Assembly: GCA_973851085.1 (NCBI GenBank)
Contig: OZ316776.1
Span: forward strand, 434,001-498,000
Length of the DNA stretch: 64,000 nucleotides
Direction of reading: 5' to 3'
Origin: Ptychomitrium polyphyllum
Taxonomy: Eukaryota
Part shown: piece by piece, positions 1 to 11,324 of the stretch
How positions within the stretch are numbered: position 1 is the first letter of the stretch
Layout of the letters: each line of letters opens with the position of its first letter
Translations under genes and position numbers: made by a program
The notes under the pieces: model-generated
Told to the model about the DNA's origin: nothing
Seen by the model: only the letters and a program-made list of their open reading frames with translations
Databases searched by the model: none

Positions 1-3000
1 AGAAAGTGTCGAATTTACATCCTGCTATTTCTAGGTTCTAGAGAGCACTTCCTCGATGAAAAATGATAAGTTAAAAAGAAGTTGCAACCAAGCCATAACA
101 TTATTCATCAGGGAGGAAGCCAAACAATACACAACTGAAGCTCTCATCACTGGAACAATTTAGATGACTCGTGACAAGGAAACCGGGGTTCACATGGCCA
201 TCGACAGACTTGACGTAGTAAATAATTTGAGTACAACCTTTGCTAGGGTCCATTCTAACAACCAGCTGCTAGGACCACGTTGCTCCATCGTAAACCAATG
301 TTTCCGAGTACAACATAACAGCATGTATATGTGAGAAAACAAACCTTGCCAAGGGCCAAAAACTCGACTGGCAACATACCAACTGAATTTAACGGGCACG
401 GAAGGCCTAGCAGTGTTGACTGTCACCAACACACACAGCCGCGTACAATCATTATGCAGAATAAAAACTTTCAGCACTTCAGTATAATAGCAATCTCAAT
501 CGATCAGAGAGAAATATTGATGTACAAGCACAAGATATAATGCCATCAAATATTTACTCAGACCGCACAGCACAATAAAGTAGAAGATAGCCCAGCCATG
601 AGCACTCCTTGTTGACCGCCAAGAGTCATCCTGATGGTACGGCCGGAACTCAAACAGTTAACCCCAACTTAGACTATTAGACATAATTATTCTCAATATA
701 GAAGAAACATTGCGATCATAAACTATCCAGTGAAAGGATTTAAATGAACACAAATCACTCATCTATTAGTTTTGAAGAATAGGACCAAGTTGCAAACGTC
801 TTAACTTACCATAAGAGGTGCAATATCCCCCTGGTTGATGTCATTACGTTCAATGTATTTCAGTCCCCATGAGTCAGGAGTAGTTTCATGATGGGTATGC
901 TGATCGACAAAGAGTATACCATCATCCACATCATCTTCGGGGCTTGCCAGTTCAGGTCCACGAACACCTGATCCCCATACAACAATAGGAGTCTCTGTGT
1001 TCTGTGGATCTCCGTCCCCGTGACTACCTGAACAAACAGCACCAACGTGAGTGAGATTTAACTAATAAGATCTAAAAGCAGAATTAAAAACAAGAAAACT
1101 TTTAAAATAAAGAAAACAAAACAACGCACAGCCATAAGTGAATTCAGTTCAAGACATACTAACCTTTGTTGCTCATGCCGTGGTCAGATGTGAACACATA
1201 CGCAGTTTTCCCGTCGGGAAAGTACTCATCCATGAGCTTTACAGTGCTTTCAACACCACGATCCACAAGGTTGATGTTATTGAGGTATATGTCTGAGTAC
1301 GGTCGGTGCGCATGCCCGTTTGTGTCACACCCAAGTAAGTGCAGGAATACAATCAGACCATCGTCTTTGATATCCCTCTGAATTTTGGAGTCTGATTTTG
1401 ACTCACTAAGAAACTTCTCCAGCCGCTCAAACGCCCATTCGTCAAGGAAAGATGCATCTGTAAAGATAGATACTGTTGTGAGTGCAGCAAGACAGCGAAC
1501 GCTAAGAAAACCGCCAATGTGCTTACCGATATCAGTTGCTAAGTCCATTGGCACTTTTGTCCTATATAGTAATTGAAGCAGAACAGCTTGAAGGATTTTC
1601 TAAATTGCTCACCATACTTTAGAAATATATAGAACATATGTTCATACTAACATACAAGAAAGATTAATTGTAACACAGATAACATCATTAGTAATTACCC
1701 GTAGCAAAATCTTCGAACTCGGTTGAGTATGAATCCGAATAACTATTAGGCAGCGCTGAGCAAAAGATTGGTACAATATCCGGACTTCCAAATGCAACTG
1801 TGTGTCTGCTCCTGTTGAAAACTGAATCAAACTCCACTGGATTTGCCTTCCAACCTAGCAATTTCAAAGTTCATCCGAGAGTATTCATAATGAGTGAATT
1901 GTGATAGTATAGGATTGCACGCATTAGCCATATCATTAATTTTGCAAAAGATGTGGAATAGCATCTAGTAGTCACATTTCTGAACCGTGCGACGTTAGAA
2001 AAGCTAAAGACACTAATAAAACACCGATGCTAGGTCAAGAAACACGTAAAACCTCTAAAACGGCCTCAGTCTCTGACCCTAAAAAACGTAAGATCGTAGA
2101 AATTGCTGGACTTGACGAGTGCAAAAGTGCACCCCTAATAAAAGACAGCAGCAAAATCTTGAAATGGTGTACCTTTCGTGACAGCACTAGGGTCTTCATA
2201 AAAGCCAGCAATAATTGCAACATGTCCTGGGCGTGATTCGGTTGGCGGCCTTGCATGAGAAATGCCCCATCGACCTCTGTTGTGCATAATACTGTGCAGA
2301 AATGGAGCTCGAGGTTTCCCGTTTGGACCCATCTCAAAAAATTTATCGGCTCGCATTCCATCCGCTGTTTACAAAATGCATATGTTAAATCACGTCCATA
2401 GGACTGTAATTGTCAACCAACCATCCCTTGCCACGGATCTTTTTTTGAACTACATGTGAGCAATTCCATGGGCGATTTCGCGCATAAAATGTTGGCTATA
2501 ACAAACACTTATTGAAATATCCGAAGACAATCTCAAAGGATACATTACCTAACTACTCAATAAGATGTATATTCATGAAGTTTTTTTCATGATAGGCTGG
2601 GTTTATCAATGTATATAAAAACACCGAACGTATTATTCGTCTCCACGAAGCCAACTTTCTCCCATATAGACGAACGATCAAGACAACTTTGCAATCCTGA
2701 AAGTGCAGAAGAATACAATAGCGAGTCAAGAGCTATTATAACCTCGATCAACTCAACCTTCGGAACCCCACTTTTCAAAAACGTACGAGGAGATCAATTC
2801 CGACGACTGTGTATTCATCAACATTCGTCTCAGAAATTCTGGCCAAGCTCTGTTAATGTAAACTCTTTTCAGAAACTTAAAGAGAACTTAAACTCATGAC
2901 CATGTTGAGTACTTATCGTGCTCTGAACTTCTTCGAAAAACGTCTACCCATAGAAGATAAAATGCGCTTTCAGCAAGACCACTCCTCTGCTGTTATTCCC

Positions 3001-3636
3001 TTTCTTTACGCAAAGGATATGGATTGAAATGTATGGTTGTATGATCATCAAATACACGTCTCAGAAAAATGCCACCAAAGTCTATTTGAGTGCGTTCTTT
3101 TCAAGAACTTGAAGAGAACTCATATTCATGACCTTATTATACAAGATCGTACTCGGAAATTCTTCAAGAAATATCTACCCATAGAAGATCAAATGCAGTT
3201 TTAGTGACAGCACTAAGCTGCGATCACATACTTTCTTCACGGAGAGGTTCTTAATTGGAACCCCACATGACCTACAATGTAAGACCTTGCCCTCATAGAT
3301 GCGTCCTAATCTCCACCCCAAATAGCGAGAATTATCAGCTCAATGACACTGCCCCAGCTGTACGGACACGAAGAAATGCTCCCAACCGAGGCCCCTCCTC
3401 TCACAACCTAAAATTCGCACAGGTAAGAAAGTGCAAGGACGAAAGAACCCAATCCGCGACCCACCTACGAAGAGCACGAGACGATTGGCAGGAGGCTGGA
3501 TACCGAGAGGCTCAGGCTCCATGCCACTCACAATTGGCGACTTGAAGTAGATGTCGAAGATGCTCAGCATGTACAGGGAGTGCAGCGCCACTCCGAGCAC
3601 AACCAGGAGCACTTCTCTCCGCCTCCGCCGCTCCAT
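1..3636 (-). CDS. PIGN: GPI ethanolamine phosphate transferase 1 (PIG-N/Mcd4 family), 5' portion; continues beyond the left edge
   Basis: Exons with GT-AG boundaries: 3636-3465, 2364-2173, 1854-1699, 1457-1164, 1027-810, 419-345. They join in frame to give PIG-N motifs [102 protein letters not shown] and [16 protein letters not shown]. Confidence 0.93.
2815..3250. repeat. Diverged tandem duplication (~231 bp period) in PIGN intron 1
   Basis: cgtctcagaaa...aactt(a/g)aagagaact...catgacc...tctacccatagaagat(a/c)aaatgc occurs at ~2826 and again at ~3057. Confidence 0.75.
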
Positions 3637-3737
3637 CTCCACCCTCTTCCTCCCTCACACGATCCGCATCCCACAAACCCCAAGCATAAACCCCCAAACC
3701 CTAATAACACCCACCAACCTCTGCGACGCAACCCCCT

Positions 3738-3820
3738 CCCTCACTCACTAACTCACTCACTCAATCACTTACTCACTTGTTCCCTCATTCACTCACTCAC
3801 TCACTCACTTGTTCCCTCAT
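3738..3820. repeat. (ACTC)n microsatellite-like tract in PIGN leader/promoter
   Basis: Runs of actc units, with a duplicated cacttgttccctcattc. Confidence 0.7.
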
Positions 3821-4422
3821 TCCCCATCTGGCCCGCAATCAGACACCCGCGAGGACCCAACTTCGCACCCCAATCAACGATCGCCACAGCCTGACGTCCC
3901 CGAACCAGCCCAAAAGATCGCCTCCAACCACCAAACGCGGAGCTTCGCCTCCTAAACCTGCCGATCCCTGGAAGCAAAACCTCTGCCGGGCCAGCAAAGG
4001 CAAAGGGCGCCCCGGCGTGGCCATGGCACAGCGGCGCATCAATGGAAGGCCATAGACGCCTGCAAGCTCAGCGGACGCAAAGTGCGCACTTGCACGGCGA
4101 AGACGCAAGACGCAAGACGCAAGACTCAGGACTCAAAGCCTCAAGACTGAAGACTGAAGACTGCCAAACTATGCCAAGCGCCCCGCCCGCCTCCCACTTC
4201 GCAGGCAAGTCCTCTTCGTGGGCCCCGCCACCTGACGGTGGAGAGTGGTGAGCGGAGAGTGGTGAGCGGAGAGTGGTGAGTGGGGCAGTCCGTCCGTGCG
4301 GTCGCTGCGACCGTATCTTAGTGCGGTAGCGAGCCCACCAGTGTGGTGCACGGTGACCGTACCCGTGAGCATTCTCTGTGAGTCCACCATGCTGTTGGAC
4401 CAGACAATTGGCCCCTCTGGGT

Positions 4423-4578
4423 CTCCACTCTACACTCTCCACTCTACACTCTCCACTCTACACTCTACACTCTACACTCTACACTCTCCACTCTACACTC
4501 TCCACTCTACACTCTACACTCTCCACTCTGCACTCTGCACTCTCCACTCTGCACTCTGCACTCTGCACTCTGCACTCT
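4423..4578. repeat. Heptamer tandem array (ACTCTAC/ACTCTCC/ACTCTGC)
   Basis: About 22 consecutive 7-bp units. Smaller 7/14-bp arrays lie at ~4100-4163 and ~4239-4281. Confidence 0.95.
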
Positions 4579-5929
4579 GGGTGGGCGGAAGGGCGGAAGG
4601 GTTGTGTGGATGGATGTTGCAGCCGATAGACTGGACGCTGTGTGAACTCTTTGTCGCAAACTCCAATTGTTAAACACAATTGAGCGCCAAAAAACAATGC
4701 CAAGTTTCAATAAGGTCGTGATGATTCCATGGCTCAATTGGAGGATGCTAATCCAATTTTTTCATGAGCTTTAGATTGAACACTCCATGGTGATTGGACA
4801 ATGACAAAACAATGTCATCCTTGTACTTGTGGTTGCACTTTTACTTAAGCTTATGTTAAACCTTAACTCTTTGCAAATCCTTCCTTATTTATTCACTTAC
4901 ATGGCTAAGTTGTTTGGCATAGTGTAACCACGGAAAAAGGTTTGTTGAATAACAACATGAATAAATTATTTAATCAAGTTTTAAATTAAAAGATATTGTT
5001 AAATTAGTCACTTATATTAAAAACTACAAAAAAAAAAAATGTTAATTATTTCAACAAATGGAAATTAAATTTACAATTATTTAATGCTAATGATTTTTTT
5101 AAGCATTTTCTTTTATTTTAAATATACTTGCTTGTTAATATTCAAAGCTTAAATAAAAAATACAATTTTTATCATTAAAATTTTTGCTTTTATATAATAT
5201 TTCAATAAATTATTTATTTCTATGATATAACTTTGAATCAATGTAAGTTTATAGAACATTTGATTATGTTCTTATATGATAAAGCTTTTAGAACCTTAGT
5301 TTATAAGTAGAAGTCTTTTTGAAAAATTGGACCTTATCATTATAAATATTGACATATTACACTATATTAATTTAAGCATTTCAAAAACACTCATAAAGTG
5401 TTTTTATAAGTCAGTCATTTATTAGTATTACTTTTAAGAAAAATTTAATTTTTACATATTTAACAAAGTTGATGGTATATTGTAATCGCAAACACAAATC
5501 ATTCATACATTGTTGGCATTATTGTTTGATATACACAACAAATACAAGATGTCTGAATGTTTATACAAGCTACACATTTTTTTATAAATAAAGAGTGATT
5601 TTGCAATTTTTCAATTAGCATGAAATAAAATGAAAATACAAAATGTACCTCATACTTTGCTTATTTTCAAAATGAAATGGAAGGAAAAGAAAAAATTGCA
5701 CAAAAATTATTTCTTCTTCACATTAGCAATTAGAAGCTGTGTTAGTAATTAGAAGCAATTAGAAGCAATTAGAAGTTGTGTTACAAGTTGTATTATTCAA
5801 AGTGGTACTTGTTTGATTAATAGAAAGACCATAGGATTTTACATTGGAATCAGAATCACATTTCATTGATGTCAAAGCACAAAGGCCTTCATCCTCTTGT
5901 ATTCTAATTGTTTTGCTTTTAATCTTGAA

Positions 5930-6130
5930 GATTTTGAGGGCTACAAAGGTTAGCTTGTTTGCATTTAGCTAATGGATGATTATCAATTCTTTAGGCGGCC
6001 TTGTAGATCAACCGCCTTAAAAAGAGTTGTGTTCAAACTTAATGTTAAGAATTATTAGCTGCAAAGTTTTAATAGTTGCACAAAAGAGCAAATGTGTGGA
6101 AATTGCCAACCAACCAACTATAAGACCGAG
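5930..6130 (-). mobile_element. Possible very degenerate hAT transposase C-terminal (dimerisation domain) remnant
   Basis: Minus-strand fragments QFPHI... and ANKLTFV are weakly reminiscent of the hAT dimerisation domain. Many stops and frameshifts. Confidence 0.25.
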
Positions 6131-6239
6131 TTAAACCTAGATCCAATGCCAATGCCAAAGGAATTATTTGTGTGGTGGATTTTTCTTGAATATCAAGCGC
6201 TTTAGTCTCAAAGCTTAAATATCATCAATTGCCACTATT

Positions 6240-8673
6240 TAAAGAAGATTGGCTTTGGAAGAGCGAGAAGATGCATCCATTGGCCTCAAAGATGCACTAG
6301 ATGAGTTTCAAAGGGCAATGGAAGAAGTCTTAGCTAGCTTGTCATTTTCCAAATGGTACATTGATAATGTCATCATCTTTAATAGGAGCCTATAAAAGCA
6401 CTTGAAGCATTTACAAGGAATATTTGAGTGGAAACATCACTAGGAATTGCGCTTGCATCTAGATAAGTATAAGACTATCTACAATGAATTGTCATATTTA
6501 GACCATACAAGTATTTTAGGATGTCTTTGCAAGCAACAAGCAAAGGTAAATGCTTTGCCACAAATTCTAGCTTTTAAGCACAATATTAGTCATTACATCA
6601 CTTTGTACTTGGCTAAACAATAATCAATAGTACAAAATAATGGATTTCATTATTATATGCTTGATAAATTTTAAAGCTCACTTTCAAATTTGATTAAAAC
6701 TTCAACTTATAGTTAAAATCAATTTAGCAAAGAAAAAAATAAGAAGATAATGCAAAAAATTTAGTAATGAAAAAGAAAGTAATAAAGAGAAGCAAAGCTC
6801 TTATAAAGTATCAATAATTGAAGAATTCATGCCATCTCTATGATAGTTCTCCTTTAAATATACTAAAATAAGATTTATATCTAATTCTACAACTAATTTA
6901 ATCTTAATTGCCGATTATCAAACCGCCTTAGTTTCAAGTAAGTTACTAATCCAAGCTATCCAATATTAATTAATCCTTTAATCAACACCTAACAATGTAT
7001 TGCAACTTTGTCCTTTTATTTGATTGGCAAATAATTTATACGCAATTTATCAAGAATTTTGGCTTGGAATCTTTGACTATTATCACAGGCATTAAGGAGC
7101 CAAGGACTTGCTGTTATGAGCAGCAGTAAGTATTTGGCATGTTGATGCAAAGGTTAGATTTAGCTTTCAATCCTTTGACATCCAAATATTACCAAATTCT
7201 TTCTACTTGCATACTAAATTGATTGTAAAAGGGTTAGAAGTGATTTTGACATTTAAAGATGAAGAAAGGTGGGAACATGTCATTATTTTTGTTACTAAAA
7301 GTAATAACAATGCAAAGCCCAATTGCTCATTCTATAAAAGAAAGCATTGGCAATAGTTTAGGTAGTTTAGCCTTATTTGTACAAACAACAATTCACTTTA
7401 GAGACTAATTGTCAACATTTGAAGTAGTTTATGGATTCTATCAAACTTAGTGGGAAACTTACTAAATAGGCATTGTTGTTCCAAGATTATAATTTTGAAG
7501 TCATATATCAAGGAGGTATAATAAATTTAAATACAAATAGGAATGGATCAACATAACATATTTGGATGCTTGACTTTGCAACTTTGGCAACCAATCAAGG
7601 CTCAAATAGAAAATTTCATAAACCCTAAATTATTGTTGATGTGTAGAATGGCCTTACAATCTTATTAGACTTTTAAGAAAAACATTTGGTTTAGCTATTT
7701 TTGTTATGGAACTGAATAGAATTAGCTTCTAAAAGACCAGATTTTGTAAAGATGATGGCTTATGATTTTGTGTGTAGTGGATGGAACAAGGCGCATAATT
7801 TTATGGCCAAATCAAAGAGCTTTTTAGTGCAGCAAGTGCAAAAAATGCTTGATTTTTCCTCTTATTTTGCATAACACATTTAATATTGTTTAATTAATAC
7901 TAATGGATTGGCATGTGCCAACAAGTTGTTACATCCATTTTTTAGTGTCTAATGTGTGATTAGGTTATATCAAGTTCTAACACCTTATTATCCAAGTAAA
8001 GGCCTTTGTCCATCATGGATTTAGATTATTATTGGTCTTTAAACTTTGCCGGACCACTTGATGTTATCCCATATACGTGTTGATGATGGTGGAATATTTT
8101 GGCAAGTGGATTGATTTTGTAGCTTTGCCACAAAATTCTTCCATGTAGGCAACCATGACTTATCTTAATTATATTTTGGCACATTTAAAAGCACCTACTA
8201 AGGTGTTGACCAAACAATGGAGAGACTAATTTGGTTCATTTGAAGGATTGTACACTAAGACCTTGATATTTCATCTTACTACCTCAAGAAATCATCCTAA
8301 GGCAGTTAGCTTGGTTGAGTTTATAAAAGCCATTGTAATAAGCTCTTAATGTAGATGTTGATTGCTCAAGGCTATTGTTTTAGCATACAACCATCTTTAG
8401 CATCTTACAACCCCTACCATTTTTTGTATAAAAAAAGGCCTAATTTGCTTCTATGAATGCGTGAAGCGCTGTCTTCATAGTGGCCCTAAATGGCATGATT
8501 TCTAGGTGCAATGTATACATGATCAAGTAAAGGTTTTAAAAGGAGCCATGCCAATTGCCATGGAAAACTTATCTATTATTCAACATTATTTTACTTTGCA
8601 TTATGCTTGTGTTTAGTATAATGCTTTTAGACTTTAAATTTGAATGTACCTGGTAGTGGATTTTAATACTTAT
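6240..8673 (+). mobile_element. Ancient degenerate Ty3/gypsy pol (RT, RNase H, integrase), left part
   Basis: GLKDALDEFQRAMEEVLASLSFSKWYIDNVIIF (RT, ~6280-6380); FYLHT...EHVIIFVTKSNNNAKPNCSFY (RNase H, ~7200-7340); integrase-like LMMVEYFGKWIDFVALP and TTSRNHPKAVSLVE (~8080-8320). Contains many stops. Confidence 0.75.
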
Positions 8674-9121
8674 TGCTAGGGACACTAGAAACAAAAAGCA
8701 ATGACAAAGTGTTTTTAAGCATTAGTTTTTAATAGAACTTATACTTAACAAGAAATGATACAAAGACTAAAGCAAGGTATGATATAATAAGATCCACAAT
8801 TTGTATTGGCAAAACTATGGTATACTTTGTCTTGCCTCATATTTATACTATAACATTATATGTCCTATAATACTTCTAAAAAAGCTTCCTACAAAGCTTA
8901 AAACTATTCTAGAAGTCTATGGAATCTTTTCAAGAAATTTTCCAAGATAGTGGAACCTTCCTATAAAGCTTCCAAAGCCATGGAACCTTCTTACAAAATT
9001 TCCTAAAGTAATCAAATCTTCTTAAAAAGTTCTCAAAGAGATAAAATTTTCCTAGGAAGTTTTTAAAGGTAGTGGAAACAACTATGGAGACATTGAAAGT
9101 ATTCTAAGAAATTACTATAAA

Positions 9122-10267
9122 TGTCACGCACCTCTCTTTCAGAACTGCTCGCAATACTAAGGGCACAAGAGGGACCCCGGAATAACGTCCGGGACTTGTG
9201 ATGCCGATAGTGAAGTGGCTCGAGTAGGCCAAGCGTAGGAAGGACCTCTAGGGGGAGAAACATCCTTACTCATGTAGAACGAGGGCCACGAGGGATAAAT
9301 CGTAGGCATTGGAGGAATCACAAAGAGCTGATTCTAGAATGCTAAAGATTGCTTAAATTAGACAAGGGAGCTAAAAGTTATGGCATCCCAAAGTTGGGGT
9401 TGCCAAGAGGCTGTTCTAGACTGTGGCAGCCCTACACAGTGACTGTATTGGACTGGGACAGTCCAGGGAGAGATACCCCGGGAGTCTCAAACCTTGGGAG
9501 AGGCATATCTCCTAGAGTACTAACTCAAATTGGACGTCTGAGGAGTCTATCGGCATCTACGCAAAGAGTAAATGACGATAGAGTGGTTGCTCAATACATT
9601 CAAGCACCGTATGAGGAAGATATGGCTCCCTGAAGGTCCGCGCGGAGTTTCGGAGGCTTCCAACGGCTAAGTCCCCGGGAAGATCGGGTTGTCTTCCAAA
9701 AGTTTGGGTGTGTCGGGGTTCAGCCAATTATGGAAGGCCAAGGGGCCTGCCAAATTCCACAAAGAGTATTATAGAGGAGGGCTGGTCCCCCTCCCCACTT
9801 CCCTAGTGTCCCGGTAGGAACCAAGGGTGAGTTTCGGTTGGTAGAACTTGTGTTGGGGCTTCACCACGGAGACTCCCACACCATTGTGACCCGATAGACG
9901 ACCGGTTTCACAAAGGAAACTAGTGAGATTAAGATGGCACGCTTGTTACCACTAAGTTGGGGTGGTGTCTTTACGTCGGCACCATGATGGCCTGGAGTAA
10001 TCTTAGAATCACATGGGGATCATGAGTGGTAGTGAGGAGACACCACTAAGTGCGGTTAGGCCGTGTGGAATGGGAGTAACACCAAGTGAGGCCTTGAACA
10101 TGAATAGAAGTCCGCATCTAATCATTGGCTACCAATCAATTGGCTGTCCAAAAGAGAAATGGTAGAGGAACTTGGAGAATGAGAATGGGGGTTAACTATG
10201 TGCATGTGGGAGTGTACAGGGTTGACGTGCATGACGTTTGTTAAAGTGCATTATAAGGGTTGCAACA
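9122..10267. mobile_element. Solo LTR (~1.15 kb family) inserted in the chromovirus 3' LTR
   Basis: TGTCAC...GCAACA termini; colinear with 31826-32970 over its full length. Confidence 0.9.
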
Positions 10268-11324
10268 CCTAGCGTGGGAAGGATCTTGATGGGGAGAAAC
10301 ATCCTTGCCCAAATAGATCGAGGGCCACGAGGGAGAAATTTTAGGCATTGGAGGACTCACGACGAGTTGATTTTAGAATGCTAACAATTGCTCAAATTGA
10401 AAAAGGGAACTAAAAGATATGACATCCCAAAATTGAGGCTGCCAAGGGGCTATTCTAGACTGTGGCAGCCCTATACAGTGACTTTACTGGACTGGGACAA
10501 TGCAGGGAAGGACTCCATGGAAATTGCAAACATTGTGAGAGGCATATCTGCAAGAATATTAAGTCAAATTGGACAATTGAGGAGTTTATCGGCATCTACG
10601 CAAAGAGTAGATGACAAAACAGTAATTGTTTGATACATTCAAACTCCAAACGTAGAAGATATGGCTTCCTGAAGGTCCGCGGGAAGTCCCAGAGGCTTCC
10701 AGCGGCTAAGTTTCAAGGAAGATCGGATGGTCTTCTAAAGTTTTTGGTATATCGGGCTTCAGCCAACTATAGAGGGCCATGAGGCCTACCAAATTCCACA
10801 AAGAGTACTATAAAGGAGGGTTGGTCCTCCTTCCCACTCCCCCAGTGTCTCGGTAGGAACTAAGGGTGACTCCCGGTTGATGGAGCTAATGTTGGGGCTT
10901 TACCATAAGGACTTCCATACCATTGTGAGCCGGTGGATCACCGGTGTCAAAAAACGAACTAATGAGATTACAAAAGGCACGCTTGTTACCACTAAACTGG
11001 CATGATGTCTTCACGCCGGCAACATGATAGCCAAAGTGATCTTGGGATCACATGGAGATCATGAGTGGTGATGGGGAACCACTACTAAGCGCGGTTAGGC
11101 CGTGTGAAATGGAAGCAATACTAATTGAGGCCTTGGACATGAATGGAAGTCGACACCTAACCATTAGCTACCAATCAATTGGGTGTCTTAACAAAAATGG
11201 TAAAGGAAATTGGAAACCAAGCTTAAGACATGGAGAGTGAACATGGAGGCTAACCATGTGCAAATGGGGGTGTATAAGGATAACAGGCGTGATGTAATTA
11301 AGGTGCATTATAAGGGTTGCAAAA
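10268..11324. mobile_element. Second, more diverged tandem copy of the same LTR lacking its first ~110 bp
   Basis: Starts cctagcgtgggaagg (equivalent to ccaagcgtaggaagg at ~9229) and ends aagggttgcaaaa. The two-copy block is flanked by ataaa/ataat, an imperfect 5-bp TSD. Confidence 0.85.

Noticed and set aside
4423..4578. CRISPR-like or telomeric array
   Set aside because: No spacers, and the unit is not TTTAGGG.
4296..4737. ORFs with TLHS/ECRV repeats
   Set aside because: Translation of the heptamer array, not a protein.
9349..9633. ~80-codon frame open in all three 1.15-kb LTR copies
   Set aside because: TTG start, no recognisable domain, and different stop positions. Explained by shared LTR ancestry.
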